64,000 nt of DNA from an uncultured delta proteobacterium (GCA_963798485.1 CAWCTR010000016.1:1-64000), one strand, 5' to 3'; counted from the first letter of the stretch, positions 19,861 to 30,248 are shown. Notes: generated from the letters alone by a model not told the origin. Program-made: numbers and translations.

Positions 19861-20925
19861 TCAGCTGCCGAACAACTCCTTCATGTGCATGAGCAGTGTG
19901 AGGTCGCCTTCAGCGGTATACCTTCCCTTCATAAATGCATCCTGGCCGTCCGTTTTTTTCGTAAAGATATCCATCCATACCTCAAAGGGGGCCTTCACCA
20001 CGAGGTCGGGCCTTAAAGCCTGGCCCATAGATTCCTCAATCCCGTCTTGTGAGACTAAAAAAGAGCACGAGCCTGTCTGTTCACCCGTGAAGTCGAACTG
20101 GAGCACGGCCTTTGTGTTACCTGCCGCTTCAGGCTTGTAGCCCATCTTCATGAGCAGGGCGAAATCCTCGATGGTCTCGGGTCTGGGGACAGCGCCCTTT
20201 GCCCTCATCTCCTCAGGGGTCATCTTTTCCCTGATGCAGGTCTTCCAGAAGATATTGGCGGCCCTAGTCATAATCTTTTTATCGCCAATGGGCTGGGTGA
20301 TACGTTCCATGGTCTTCTGCTCAACCTTCATGGTCTTCACAAGTTCCACACCCGCTTGAGTGAGGGCGGAAAGGATATCGTCACGCACCTTCCTGTTCGG
20401 CCCCAATACAAAAGCCTCGGCGGCAGGACGATAGATCTCTGCGATGAGGCCTTTGTTGTACATGAAACGCATATGGTTTGAGAGCTGGTCAAACACCAGC
20501 CTCTCGGAAAAGCCTGCCACAGAGAGTACCACGACCGCCGGGTGCCGCAAACGCAGAGGATGGTAGCTCACCCCTTTCTTATCCTGGATAAACGGCTCCA
20601 AGACAGGCAAGGTGCGCTCGATAAAGGCCTTCAAGGCGGCGTTCATGGTGTAGTGGTATAGAGGAGTGGCATATACGGCTATATCGGATTCAATGAACTT
20701 CGGGAAGAGCTCTTCAGCCATATCATCCCTATGGACGCACCTCCCGGGCGACTTGGTCCAGCAGTTGAAACACCCGACACAGTTCTTTATCTTCTTGTTC
20801 CTCAGGTGCACGACCTCCACCTGTGAACCTGCCTTTTCCATCCCTGCCACGAGATGGCTCAACATGAGCTCTGTCTTGCTCTGACCTTTGATCCTGGGGC
20901 TGGAATTCAATGCGAGTATCTTCAT
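19861..20925 (-). CDS. Iron-sulfur flavoprotein/FMN reductase fused to an SCP2 sterol-carrier-like domain
   Basis: SSPR, CVGCFNCW...C and ATPLY motifs; the C-terminus PDLVVK...AFMKGRYTAEGDL is SCP2-like. Confidence 0.85.
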   Translation of the reverse strand: MKILALNSSPRIKGQSKTELMLSHLVAGMEKAGSQVEVVHLRNKKIKNCVGCFNCWTKSPGRCVHRDDMAEELFPKFIESDIAVYATPLYHYTMNAALKAFIERTLPVLEPFIQDKKGVSYHPLRLRHPAVVVLSVAGFSERLVFDQLSNHMRFMYNKGLIAEIYRPAAEAFVLGPNRKVRDDILSALTQAGVELVKTMKVEQKTMERITQPIGDKKIMTRAANIFWKTCIREKMTPEEMRAKGAVPRPETIEDFALLMKMGYKPEAAGNTKAVLQFDFTGEQTGSCSFLVSQDGIEESMGQALRPDLVVKAPFEVWMDIFTKKTDGQDAFMKGRYTAEGDLTLLMHMKELFGS

Positions 20926-21077
20926 AACATCCTCCTGGGCACAACATTCCCCCTCGTAAAACGGCCGCCAATAAATTGCCTGATCAAAGTTATCTTTTTC
21001 CTTACGTATTGACAAGAGGATTGATGCCGGTTGGAAAAAAGATGGGTGAGGGGTGACTAAAACTATGCTTCCTGGTC

Positions 21078-22361
21078 TTATTCCAGATATTTCTTGAGCT
21101 CTTCCATGCGGACCTTCACCTGCTCCTTGATGGAGACAATCTGCTCCGGACTGATCTCAAGTGCGGCAGTGGCTGAGTACGTTTCCGGGGCAATACCTTC
21201 CGTATTTGGTGTTCCATATCCCATCGACTTTACAAGCACATTGGCAAACTGCACTACAAGGAGTTCATTACCCGGTTCTGGTCTGTCTTCCATATCATCA
21301 TGGAGTTCGGCCACCTTCAGGAAGATGCCGGGGAATGCCCACCTTTTCAGGAGCACTGCCCCTGTTTTACCATGATGGGCCTCGATGGAACCTATTACCT
21401 CATTGATATCCATACCTTTTCCATTTTTCTCACTCTTATCCATCTCACCGATAACCCGCAGGAGCATGAGCTTGCCGATGTCATGGAGCAGGCCCAGGGT
21501 GAAGGGGTCATCGCTGAGTTTAATGCCCTTGGTCTCGGTAATAACCTGGCATGCATGGGCGCACGAGAGTGCATGCTCCCACAATCCCTCCATGACCTCC
21601 GCATACTTCGGGTTGGTCCCCAGATAGAGAGACCTGTTGGAGATAGCATCCACGGTCTGTTTCGTTATAATAAGCCCCATCCGGCTGACAGCCTGCTCTA
21701 CGGTGATGTTCGCCGTGATACCCCGATAATAAGACGAGTTGGAAATACTTATAATCTTTGATGAAATGGCAGGGTCTCTCTGCAGGAGACCACCGATCTC
21801 CTGTAAATCAGCACCTGACTTTATCAGGGCATAGAACTTGGTCTGTATGCGAGGCATGGGTGGAAGCTCGATCTCTCCCCTATTAAAACGGGCAATAATC
21901 TTGGTAAGCGGGTTCTTCTTTTCAGGTGCCGGCACATTTTCCGTCGAGCCTGCTTTCTCTTCCGGTTGCTTCGTGAGACCGGTGCCTCCAAGCTTCTTGA
22001 CAACGGTCTCCATGTCAAAAGGCTTCATGATGTAGTCATTGCACCCCGCCTTGATGCAGGTAAGGATCGTATCTTTTTCAGATGACGCCGTTACCATGAT
22101 GATCCTGACCTGATCCTCTTTTGGAATTCCCTCTTCCTTCTCCAGGGTGCGGATCCGGCCCAGCACCTCGGTACCGTCCATTTCCGGCATGGAGATATCC
22201 AGTGTTATCAGGTCATATTGTTTGCCGTCGGTTCGGGCGTCGGAGAATGCCTTCAGCGCGTCCTGCCCGCTGGCCGCCTCGTCGCACTCACCCAAAGAAC
22301 TCATGATGTGCCTCATCTTTTCCCGGCTGACAAGCTCATCATCAACGACAAGGATCCTCAT
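21078..22361 (-). CDS. Response regulator with an HDOD output domain
   Basis: Receiver motifs (VVDD, LDISMP, KPF) followed by HDOD motifs (DPAISSK, SNSSYY, GLLHDIGK). Confidence 0.9.
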   Translation of the reverse strand: MRILVVDDELVSREKMRHIMSSLGECDEAASGQDALKAFSDARTDGKQYDLITLDISMPEMDGTEVLGRIRTLEKEEGIPKEDQVRIIMVTASSEKDTILTCIKAGCNDYIMKPFDMETVVKKLGGTGLTKQPEEKAGSTENVPAPEKKNPLTKIIARFNRGEIELPPMPRIQTKFYALIKSGADLQEIGGLLQRDPAISSKIISISNSSYYRGITANITVEQAVSRMGLIITKQTVDAISNRSLYLGTNPKYAEVMEGLWEHALSCAHACQVITETKGIKLSDDPFTLGLLHDIGKLMLLRVIGEMDKSEKNGKGMDINEVIGSIEAHHGKTGAVLLKRWAFPGIFLKVAELHDDMEDRPEPGNELLVVQFANVLVKSMGYGTPNTEGIAPETYSATAALEISPEQIVSIKEQVKVRMEELKKYLE

Positions 22362-22447
22362 CAGTCCTCCTGTCCTGACGGTGCAATCAATCCTGAAAAA
22401 CTTTCTCGGTGTCTTTTGTTGTCTTTTTTATTCTTCGTGAACATAAT

Positions 22448-25400
22448 TTATAGCCTGTTAGCAAACGTCTCAAGTCTTAAATATTCTTCTTCGAGCCGGC
22501 GGAGCTCATCCTGAGAATCGTCTCTTTGCCCGGTTTTTGCTGTTTTCTCAAGAGCCAGGGCGATCTTAGACAGATCAATGGCGGTCAGGTTGGCAGCCCC
22601 ACCCTTAATCGAATGGGCCTCTTTCCTGACGACCTCCATATCTCCATCGCTGATGGCCTTTCTTATTATGTCGATCTGTCCTCGCGCAATGTCAATAAAC
22701 CCATTGATGAGTTTCATGAGAAGCACCTTGTCCCCATCAAATTCATCCAGGGCTCGGTTGAGATTCAGCGGTGGATTTGCTTCATTTGTTGACGAATCCA
22801 TAAGACTAATAGTGTTTTTATCGATTATCCCGTGCCCTGCCTCTTCAATACTGCGTGCCGGCAACCACTTCTTGACCATGGAGATGAGGTCGTCACGAAA
22901 GACAGGTTTTGTAATAAAGTCGTCCATCCCCGCATCTATGCATCTCTCACGAAATCCCTCAATAGCATGACCGGTCATGGCAATGATGGGGATATGTCCC
23001 CTGGCCCTGTGAACTCCATCGCCTATGAGCCTCTCCTCAATTTCCCGTATGGCCTTGGTTGCGGTAAAGCCGTCCATATTGGGCATCTCAATATCCATAA
23101 TGATCAGGTCATAGCTCGACCGTTTGTATGAATCCAGTGCCTGCTGTCCATCATCCACGATTTCCACAGAAAAGCCTGCCTTGGTAAGATGCCTGTTTGC
23201 CACCTGCTGATTCGTAGGATAATCGTCTGCCAATAAAATATGCACTCCGGTGGGTCTATTCTCTTCGGCAAGGGTATATCGTGTTATCAGCTTGCCGGAA
23301 GATATTGCAGGACATATATCCCCCTGTTTGAGCACACTCGTGATGACTCTATGGAGTTCTTCGTTCCGAACCGGTTTGGGCAGATACCCCTGGATACCGG
23401 ACTGGGTGCACCTTAATCCATCTCCGATGCTGCCCGAAGGGGTAAGCATAATGATGGGAATGCCCTTAAACAGCTGCTGCGTCCTGATTTGTGCAGCAAG
23501 CGTGAATCCATCCATGACAGGCATGTGAGAATCGGTGATTACAAGCTTGATCTGCTCGCAGTATCCGGCCCTGTCTTTCAGGATATCCAGGGCCTCAAAA
23601 GCGGATGTGGCCTCCAGGGGAATACAGCCCCAGGCCTTGAGATAGGATGCAAAGGTCGAACGGGCCGATATATTGTCATCTACGACAAGCACCTTTATAC
23701 CCGACAGATCCATATCTTCGGGAACAGGCCGCATATCGGGTTCATCCTGGTGCGCAAAGACCGCTGTAAACCAGAAGGTGCTCCCTTCTCCGGGCTTGCT
23801 CTCAACGCCTATCTGCCCCTCCATCAATGAGGTGAGACTCTTGGATATGGAGAGCCCCAATCCGGTGCCTCCATATTTACGGGTCGTGGATGAGTCCGCC
23901 TGGGTGAAGCTCTCGAAGATTGTCCCCTGCTTGTCCTGTGGGATGCCGATGCCGGTGTCTTTCACAAGAAACCGTGCCCTGGTTTTGGCGCCAATACCTT
24001 CAAGATACTCAACCTTGAGGAGTATCTCGCCTTTGTCCGTGAACTTCATGGCATTGCTCAACAGGTTGGTCAGGATCTGCCTGAGCCTTCCAGGATCCCC
24101 CACGAGCCGGGTCGGCATTTCAGGTGAGACATACATGATGAGTTCCAGGTCTTTCTTTTTAGCCATCACGGCAAAGCTGCATGAGATATCTTCCATGAGG
24201 ACCTTGAGGTCAAAAGGTATGTTTTCTATCTCAAGCCTCTGGGACTCAAGTTTTGAGAAATCCAGAATATCATTGATAAGTCCCAGCAGGTTTTCCGACT
24301 CACGGTATACCGTTGTCATAATCTCCCGCTGCTCGACAGTAAGATCGGTATCCAGGGCTATCTCCGTCATCCCGATGATGCCGTTCAAAGGGGTGCGGAT
24401 CTCATGGCTCATATGGGCAAGGAACTCGCTCTTGGCCCTGTTCTGTGCCTCGGCCTTGATCATGGCCTTGTGAAGCTCTTCCGCCTTTTTCCGATGGGTG
24501 ATGTCTCGCAATACCCCCCTGAACCCAATGGGCTGTCCTTTTGAATCCCTCATCAGGCTGATGGAACTCTCTATGGGTCTTTTCTCGGCATTCTTCTGAA
24601 TCAGCTCCCAGTCAACCCCCTTGTCAGGGTTTCCGGTTTTGAAAACCGTATTGAACACCGAGAATATCCGTTTGGCTGTGTCATTATCCATAAACTTACG
24701 ATAGGAATTGCCGATAACCTCAACCCTGGGGAAGCCGACGATTCTGCACGTTGAATCGTTCACAAAGGTGAAGTTCCCCATGAGGTCAGCCTCAAAATAG
24801 CCTTCCTCCATGCTTTCAAGGATGCTCCGGTACTTCTCTTCACTCCTTCTCAGTGCCTTTTCCGTACGTAACCGGTCGGTTATGTCACGCGCAGAACCAC
24901 GCACCCCGATAGGTCCGGCTTCGCCGTACACAAGCGAATTTTTATATTCCAGGATATGTTCCTGCCCATCCCTGGTCTTCACCTGGACAAGTCCTTCATC
25001 CTTTCCTTTTTCAAGCACCCTTGCCATATAAACCTTGAAGAGCTCCCTGTAGCGCTCAACAATGAGCTCCTTAAGGTTCGCCTTGGTCTGCTTGTCATCA
25101 AGGACAGCCCAGTCTTCCCTCACCTTTGCATTGCACTCGCTGAAATCAAGATTGCCATCCAGATCATGGAAGTAGAGGAAGTCGGACACATTGTCGAAGA
25201 TATCGCGAAAGCGCTGCTCAATCCTCCGATCTTCCAGTGCCTGCTGCCTTGCCGTATTCCTGGCGAGCATGTCAAGGTATGCAGCAAGCCTTCCCCCTAA
25301 TCCATCACCCCCTTGAATACCTGCATGAATGAAGTAAGGGTTGATGGATAAAACCCCGTTCATAATCAGCAGGGGGTGGAATTCAAGTGCATCCAGTAAA

Positions 25401-25876
25401 GATCGCTCTGAGAAATGCTGTATGTTATAGATGCACAGGATTATCCCCAAACGCTTCTTGAGCCATTCAGCCATTGATGGATGAAACGTCTCGTGATTGA
25501 ACACATCCTTTGCAGAACTCATGCCTATGGCAATCCTTACAACCTTGCCGTTCTGCGAGTGTTTATCAAGATAGTTCACAAACTCTTTTTCATTGGAAAA
25601 ATCGCCCTTGCCTGCAACGATAAGAGTACTGTCGGAGTTGTATTCTCCGGGATCATATCCAATGGCTTTGGCTTTATCCCAAAAATCCCCCGGATCGGAA
25701 ATCCCGTCCACGGCAATGCATTTCTCGCCGCGTTTGATCCCCTCACAGAGGAACAACACAAGAGAACGGGCACAAGCCTTTTTATCCTCGGGGAAACACC
25801 CGAGATAATCACCACCCGAAAGGCTTCCCATGGCCCGTATCATCACGGGTATATCCTCCCATAGGCCCCGATCCAT
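22448..25876 (-). CDS. Hybrid sensor kinase: MEDS-like, 2xPAS, HisKA, HATPase, 2xREC, Hpt
   Basis: LCIYN...HP..NPYF (MEDS-like), SHEIRTPLNG, RKYGGTGLGL, two receiver domains and AHSIKG (Hpt). Confidence 0.9.
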   Translation of the reverse strand: MDRGLWEDIPVMIRAMGSLSGGDYLGCFPEDKKACARSLVLFLCEGIKRGEKCIAVDGISDPGDFWDKAKAIGYDPGEYNSDSTLIVAGKGDFSNEKEFVNYLDKHSQNGKVVRIAIGMSSAKDVFNHETFHPSMAEWLKKRLGIILCIYNIQHFSERSLLDALEFHPLLIMNGVLSINPYFIHAGIQGGDGLGGRLAAYLDMLARNTARQQALEDRRIEQRFRDIFDNVSDFLYFHDLDGNLDFSECNAKVREDWAVLDDKQTKANLKELIVERYRELFKVYMARVLEKGKDEGLVQVKTRDGQEHILEYKNSLVYGEAGPIGVRGSARDITDRLRTEKALRRSEEKYRSILESMEEGYFEADLMGNFTFVNDSTCRIVGFPRVEVIGNSYRKFMDNDTAKRIFSVFNTVFKTGNPDKGVDWELIQKNAEKRPIESSISLMRDSKGQPIGFRGVLRDITHRKKAEELHKAMIKAEAQNRAKSEFLAHMSHEIRTPLNGIIGMTEIALDTDLTVEQREIMTTVYRESENLLGLINDILDFSKLESQRLEIENIPFDLKVLMEDISCSFAVMAKKKDLELIMYVSPEMPTRLVGDPGRLRQILTNLLSNAMKFTDKGEILLKVEYLEGIGAKTRARFLVKDTGIGIPQDKQGTIFESFTQADSSTTRKYGGTGLGLSISKSLTSLMEGQIGVESKPGEGSTFWFTAVFAHQDEPDMRPVPEDMDLSGIKVLVVDDNISARSTFASYLKAWGCIPLEATSAFEALDILKDRAGYCEQIKLVITDSHMPVMDGFTLAAQIRTQQLFKGIPIIMLTPSGSIGDGLRCTQSGIQGYLPKPVRNEELHRVITSVLKQGDICPAISSGKLITRYTLAEENRPTGVHILLADDYPTNQQVANRHLTKAGFSVEIVDDGQQALDSYKRSSYDLIIMDIEMPNMDGFTATKAIREIEERLIGDGVHRARGHIPIIAMTGHAIEGFRERCIDAGMDDFITKPVFRDDLISMVKKWLPARSIEEAGHGIIDKNTISLMDSSTNEANPPLNLNRALDEFDGDKVLLMKLINGFIDIARGQIDIIRKAISDGDMEVVRKEAHSIKGGAANLTAIDLSKIALALEKTAKTGQRDDSQDELRRLEEEYLRLETFANRL

Positions 25877-26060
25877 TTATCATCCTTGCCTTGATTAATA
25901 TGAATTGGAGAACCTGTATCTCTTTTCTCTTTATGCACCGGTCCCTTCACACCTATAAAAAAATACATCGGTAGTCTCGGTATCGGAATTTCAATCGTGT
26001 TTTATGAAATCTTAATAAAAGAAGTACGATTCAGTGAATCAAGGGATTGTTTCCCCCATA

Positions 26061-26786
26061 TTATTCCCGGCCCCCTGGGGCCTGTTGCCCTGAACCGATA
26101 ATGTGCATACCCGTATATGACTTCGTCTTTGGCCCGCAGGTGAACAGGAGGTCGAAGATTGAGAGGTTGGGCACGAAAGATCCCCAGAGCTGGGGGTATA
26201 TCCGTGTTGGAGGTTTGTAGAATTCCACTTCGACCCCGGCCTGTTCAAAGGAAATGCTATCGAGCCGCTTCCTTGCAGATTCATGAACCAAGTAGTGTGT
26301 TGCATTGAGTGACAGGCAGATATCCACAATCAGCCTGGTGCCCTTTTCCTGGATGCCGAGCTCGGACATCCTGATGATTCTGGTTGTGCAGCCAAGTTCT
26401 CCGAGCACATAGGAAATGATCTCCATATTCATCTCGAAGAGGCTCTCCTGTCCTGAGGAAAAAAGCCTTTCAAAAATGCCCATGTGCTTGTCACAATAAG
26501 GTGCATGCAAGTATGCTTGGCGCAGGCTTGCCAGGTGCTTTTTGTGCCACCGGCCTTCATGGCAGATCTTCACATCGCTGTTCTTCTGCGGGCCAAGGCC
26601 CTTTTTCCACACCGGGATGCTCATCCACAAGGTGCCCTGGTCGTTCTTGAAGCGGTTGCGGGTGATCCATGTGGAGCCCTGGGGAAACTGTACTTCGTCG
26701 AGGATAACGAAGATGTCGGAGGCAAGGATCCTGGCAAAGTATCCCGGATAAGGGCAGAAATAGGGTCTCGCAGCTGATACGATCAT
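26061..26786 (-). CDS. WbqC-like protein
   Basis: PYFCPYPGYF, DIFVILDEVQF, RNRFK, YPQLW and NLSIFDLLF motifs. Confidence 0.85.
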   Translation of the reverse strand: MIVSAARPYFCPYPGYFARILASDIFVILDEVQFPQGSTWITRNRFKNDQGTLWMSIPVWKKGLGPQKNSDVKICHEGRWHKKHLASLRQAYLHAPYCDKHMGIFERLFSSGQESLFEMNMEIISYVLGELGCTTRIIRMSELGIQEKGTRLIVDICLSLNATHYLVHESARKRLDSISFEQAGVEVEFYKPPTRIYPQLWGSFVPNLSIFDLLFTCGPKTKSYTGMHIIGSGQQAPGGRE

Positions 26787-26875
26787 GCGCCCGCCTGTAC
26801 CATTAGGTGGATTGTAACTTATGAATATACCTTGTTAGAGGTAATTTTAAATCCGCTATTATCCGGGTTGCCGGT

Positions 26876-27367
26876 TCACAGGTCGTAGAGGGTATCGTCC
26901 ACCTTGGGTTTGGAACCCTTCTTTCCCCCCTTGGACTTCTGCTCCATCATAAAGGGGTCCTCCCCCTCAAGCAGGTCCCCCATTTCGGCCTCGATCTTTT
27001 CAGGGTCCTCACCACGCTCCATCCTTGCCAGCGCCTCCTCCATGCCGGAGCCCATCTTCAGGCCCGTCGCATCCGTGAGCTTTCGCATAAGCAAAGCGGC
27101 CTGCCTGGGATCATCTTCCTTAAGCCCCCCTGCCTCGCTTGCAAGCATGGACATGGCCTTTTCCATCTTGTCCTCGTCGAATTGCGGCATGTCACCTTCC
27201 GCCTCATCTCCCTTTCTGCCTGAGATGGCAGCAAAAATCGAGACCTTGCGTTTGAGTCTGACGTTTTTGCATTTCGGGCATTTCGGTTTCTTGTCCGTGT
27301 TGATAGTCCTGGAAAAAAAGTTATATATGGTGTCGCACTTGCTGCAGTAGAACTCATAGATCGGCAT
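26876..27367 (-). CDS. FmdB-family zinc-ribbon protein
   Basis: MPIYEFYCSKC...CPKC followed by an acidic helical C-terminus. Confidence 0.85.
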   Translation of the reverse strand: MPIYEFYCSKCDTIYNFFSRTINTDKKPKCPKCKNVRLKRKVSIFAAISGRKGDEAEGDMPQFDEDKMEKAMSMLASEAGGLKEDDPRQAALLMRKLTDATGLKMGSGMEEALARMERGEDPEKIEAEMGDLLEGEDPFMMEQKSKGGKKGSKPKVDDTLYDL

Positions 27368-27461
27368 GGATACTCCTTACATAATGGGGGTTCTGACCCT
27401 TATATGAATTAAATCGTCATAAGAAATCAAGTCCGAAGATCCGTGTCTGCTGCGTCGTTCC

Positions 27462-27490
27462 TTGACATTTAGGTCATAGAGGTCTATATA
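27462..27490 (+). promoter_or_regulatory. Sigma-70-type promoter of the helicase gene
   Basis: TTGACA-N17-TATATA. Confidence 0.6.
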
Positions 27491-27571
27491 TAGGTCAATC
27501 AGGCATATCATTCATGAAATCAGAGCCATTTTGTCGAAACAATAAACGAATAACCACACCAAGGAGTATTC

Positions 27572-28804
27572 ATGTACTTTGCTGAATTGCCAATTGACGA
27601 TCGGATTCTGCTCGGCATCAATGATGCGGGTTTTACCGCATGCACGCCTGTTCAGGCTGCCACATTCGAACACAGCCTCAAAGGCTCTGACGTATGCGCC
27701 CAGTCGCAGACCGGCACCGGGAAGACCGCTGCATTTCTTATCACGATCTTCCAGAATCTCAAAGAGCAGAAGGGCCGTAAGGCCATGATCATCGTACCCA
27801 CCAGGGAACTCGCCGTCCAAGTTGAGGAGGAAGCCGAGCTCCTCGGGGGCCATCTTGACTACAAGGTAGCCTGCATCTATGGCGGTGTGGGATACAAGTC
27901 CCAGGAGCAGCAGCTCAAGCAGGGGGCGAACATCATCGTGGGCACCCCTGGCAGGATAATGGACCTCAACCGCTCGGGAAAGCTGAGCTACAAGGACATA
28001 GGCATCCTTGTCATCGACGAGGCGGACCGGCTCTTCGACATGGGTTTTATCGCAGACCTGAGGAAGATGCTTAGGGGCATGCCCCCTGTTCATAAGCGCC
28101 AGACCATGCTCTTTTCCGCCACCCTGAGCTTCCTGGTAAAGGAGCTTGCCTGGCAGTATATGAACAACCCTGTCGAGATCGAGATAGCCGCAGAGCACCT
28201 GACCGTAGACTCGGTTACCCAGGAGCTCTACCATGTGGGTAATGATGAGAAGATGAACCTCCTCATGGGACTCCTCAGGAAAGAAAACCCCAAGAACTGT
28301 CTGATTTTTGCCAACATGAAGCATACCGCTGAAGATGTCTCGCGGCGCCTGAGAACGAACGGGTTCACCTGCGAGTTCATCACCGGAGATCTCCCTCAGA
28401 AGAAGCGGCTCGAGGTCATCGACGGCATAAAGAGCGGCCATATACCGTTGCTTGTAGCGACAAACGTAGCGGCCCGGGGACTGCACGTGGACGACCTGGA
28501 CCTGGTGATCAACTATGATATCCCTGAGGACTGCGAGGATTATGTCCACCGCATCGGGCGTACTGCAAGGGTGGGGAAAGAAGGCAAGGCCATATCGCTG
28601 GTCTGTGAAGATTATGTCCATGCCCTGGATTCCATCGAGAAATACCTCGGCATGAAGATACCCGTCATCTGGCCGGAAGAGTCCCTGTTTGCCGAAGACA
28701 AGAGTAAGCGCGCACGGCAGCACGGCAGGGACTCCAGGGGGAAAGGCACCTTCAGGGGCAAGAGACCTTCGCCTGCGCAACGCCACGCCCATCATCACCG
28801 GTGA
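27572..28804 (+). CDS. DEAD-box RNA helicase (RhlB-like)
   Basis: Q motif, QTGTGKT, PTRELA, DEAD, SAT, ARGL and HRIGRTAR motifs. Confidence 0.95.
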   Translation: MYFAELPIDDRILLGINDAGFTACTPVQAATFEHSLKGSDVCAQSQTGTGKTAAFLITIFQNLKEQKGRKAMIIVPTRELAVQVEEEAELLGGHLDYKVACIYGGVGYKSQEQQLKQGANIIVGTPGRIMDLNRSGKLSYKDIGILVIDEADRLFDMGFIADLRKMLRGMPPVHKRQTMLFSATLSFLVKELAWQYMNNPVEIEIAAEHLTVDSVTQELYHVGNDEKMNLLMGLLRKENPKNCLIFANMKHTAEDVSRRLRTNGFTCEFITGDLPQKKRLEVIDGIKSGHIPLLVATNVAARGLHVDDLDLVINYDIPEDCEDYVHRIGRTARVGKEGKAISLVCEDYVHALDSIEKYLGMKIPVIWPEESLFAEDKSKRARQHGRDSRGKGTFRGKRPSPAQRHAHHHR

Positions 28805-28814
28805 TGAAATAATA

Positions 28815-28834
28815 GGGCGCTGCACACAGCGCCC
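28815..28834. terminator. Hairpin between convergent genes, probably an intrinsic terminator
   Basis: GGGCGCTG-CACA-CAGCGCCC. Confidence 0.6.
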
Positions 28835-28886
28835 CTCCTTTGTAAAATCCTGTTCCTATCTCCTCCGGACATCCTGCTGCTTCACT

Positions 28887-30098
28887 TCATGACCTGGTGA
28901 ATACCATGGATGCAAAGGTCACGGCACTGTTTGTGGCAGGCTCGTCATAGGTGCCGTAGTCGAGAAGCTCTGCCGTGCACCTGCCAATGAGCGATGAAAA
29001 GAGCATCATGGATGTGAGCCCGCAGACATTGAACTGGTCACCTGTTTCCCTGGCGTTTTGAAAGATGTCCTCGGCCCGGGCGTTCATAAGGCTCTCGATG
29101 ATCACCCTATCATTGGCAGTAGCCCGGCCCAGGAGTGAAGCGGCAGGCAAGGAGTGCCCGAACTTATAACCCACATGGGAAAAATCCACACCTGACACAA
29201 AGAGCACCTTGCGCCCGCTTTGTTTGACGATGCGAAGGATGCCGTCCCTGAACGCGATAAAACCCTCATCGCAAAAAGGGTCTTTCCCGCTCGACAGGTA
29301 TTCATGAATGCCCCCGCAGAGCACAGGGACGATTCGAGCGGACGCCCCCAGATAATAGGCCAGAAACACGGTTTGGAACTCGATGGAATGCTCCATCATG
29401 TGATCAAAATCATAGAGGGCAACGCTGCCTTCAGGAAGCTCTTCCTTCAGCTCAGCGACGAACTCTTTGTCGGTATTCAGCGTGCAGAGCGGTGTTACAT
29501 AATCCTTCTCAGTCAGGCAGTACGGTTCAGGCCCGCCGTGATGATTGATGCCCAGAATGATCACCAGGTCATATTCCCTGCCTTTTATCCTCCGGTAGGC
29601 ATCCACATAGGCCTTTTCTGCGGCGGCTATCTCGATATGGGGGGCCAGGATTCCCACAATGTCATGGCCCGGGTCAGGCAGAACCGGCAGCCCGGCCTCT
29701 ACAGAAGCGATATGCGCCCTGAGCCTGTCCGGATCCTTTTCATAGGATGTCCCGGCAAGCACGGGCATGCGGATGCCCTTTTGGGCGAAGTCTTCCATGA
29801 TTGCCGTCTTCTTGAGCCTGAAGGCATCACTTTCCAGGAGAAAGGCCTGATCAAACTGATCGATAAGGGCCTCCACATCGGCAATGGGCACAATGGAACC
29901 CCCGAACAAATGCATAAGCCCCATCTGGATGTCCCGCAGGTCATGTTGCCCGTCCATCATGGCAAGAAGCGGTGCCACCCGGGCATGGAGGGCAAATCCC
30001 CCACCGGCAAGCCTCATGGGATCCATGAAGGTGATCATCTGCATGCCCTCAAGCATGACAGGAACAGCCTGGATGTCTCGCCTCAAGATAGGCTTCGT
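28887..30098 (-). CDS. MEMO1 family protein (AmmeMemoRadiSam protein B) with an N-terminal PqqD-like extension
   Basis: AGTSY, APHI, GINH, EHSIEFQ, DFSHVG and NVCG motifs. The start is uncertain: ACG 30098 or TTG 30086. Confidence 0.85.
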   Translation of the reverse strand, partial: TKPILRRDIQAVPVMLEGMQMITFMDPMRLAGGGFALHARVAPLLAMMDGQHDLRDIQMGLMHLFGGSIVPIADVEALIDQFDQAFLLESDAFRLKKTAIMEDFAQKGIRMPVLAGTSYEKDPDRLRAHIASVEAGLPVLPDPGHDIVGILAPHIEIAAAEKAYVDAYRRIKGREYDLVIILGINHHGGPEPYCLTEKDYVTPLCTLNTDKEFVAELKEELPEGSVALYDFDHMMEHSIEFQTVFLAYYLGASARIVPVLCGGIHEYLSSGKDPFCDEGFIAFRDGILRIVKQSGRKVLFVSGVDFSHVGYKFGHSLPAASLLGRATANDRVIIESLMNARAEDIFQNARETGDQFNVCGLTSMMLFSSLIGRCTAELLDYGTYDEPATNSAVTFASMVFTRS

Positions 30099-30248
30099 GG
30101 TACCATCCTCCCTTTGAAGACAGGCTCAGAAGAACCGCTGTCAATACACTCAAACAGTCTGGGCCTTTGGGGCAAGCTTGCCGTATATGGTCGGGGTTGT
30201 TCTTTACAGACGTTGAAGTGATAAGGCCGGAAAAGCCTGTGTTCAGCC

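Noticed and set aside
27512-28825. 437-aa minus-strand ORF
   Set aside because: Antisense shadow of the DEAD-box helicase with no recognisable motifs.
29220-30221. 333-aa plus-strand ORF
   Set aside because: Antisense to the MEMO1 gene.
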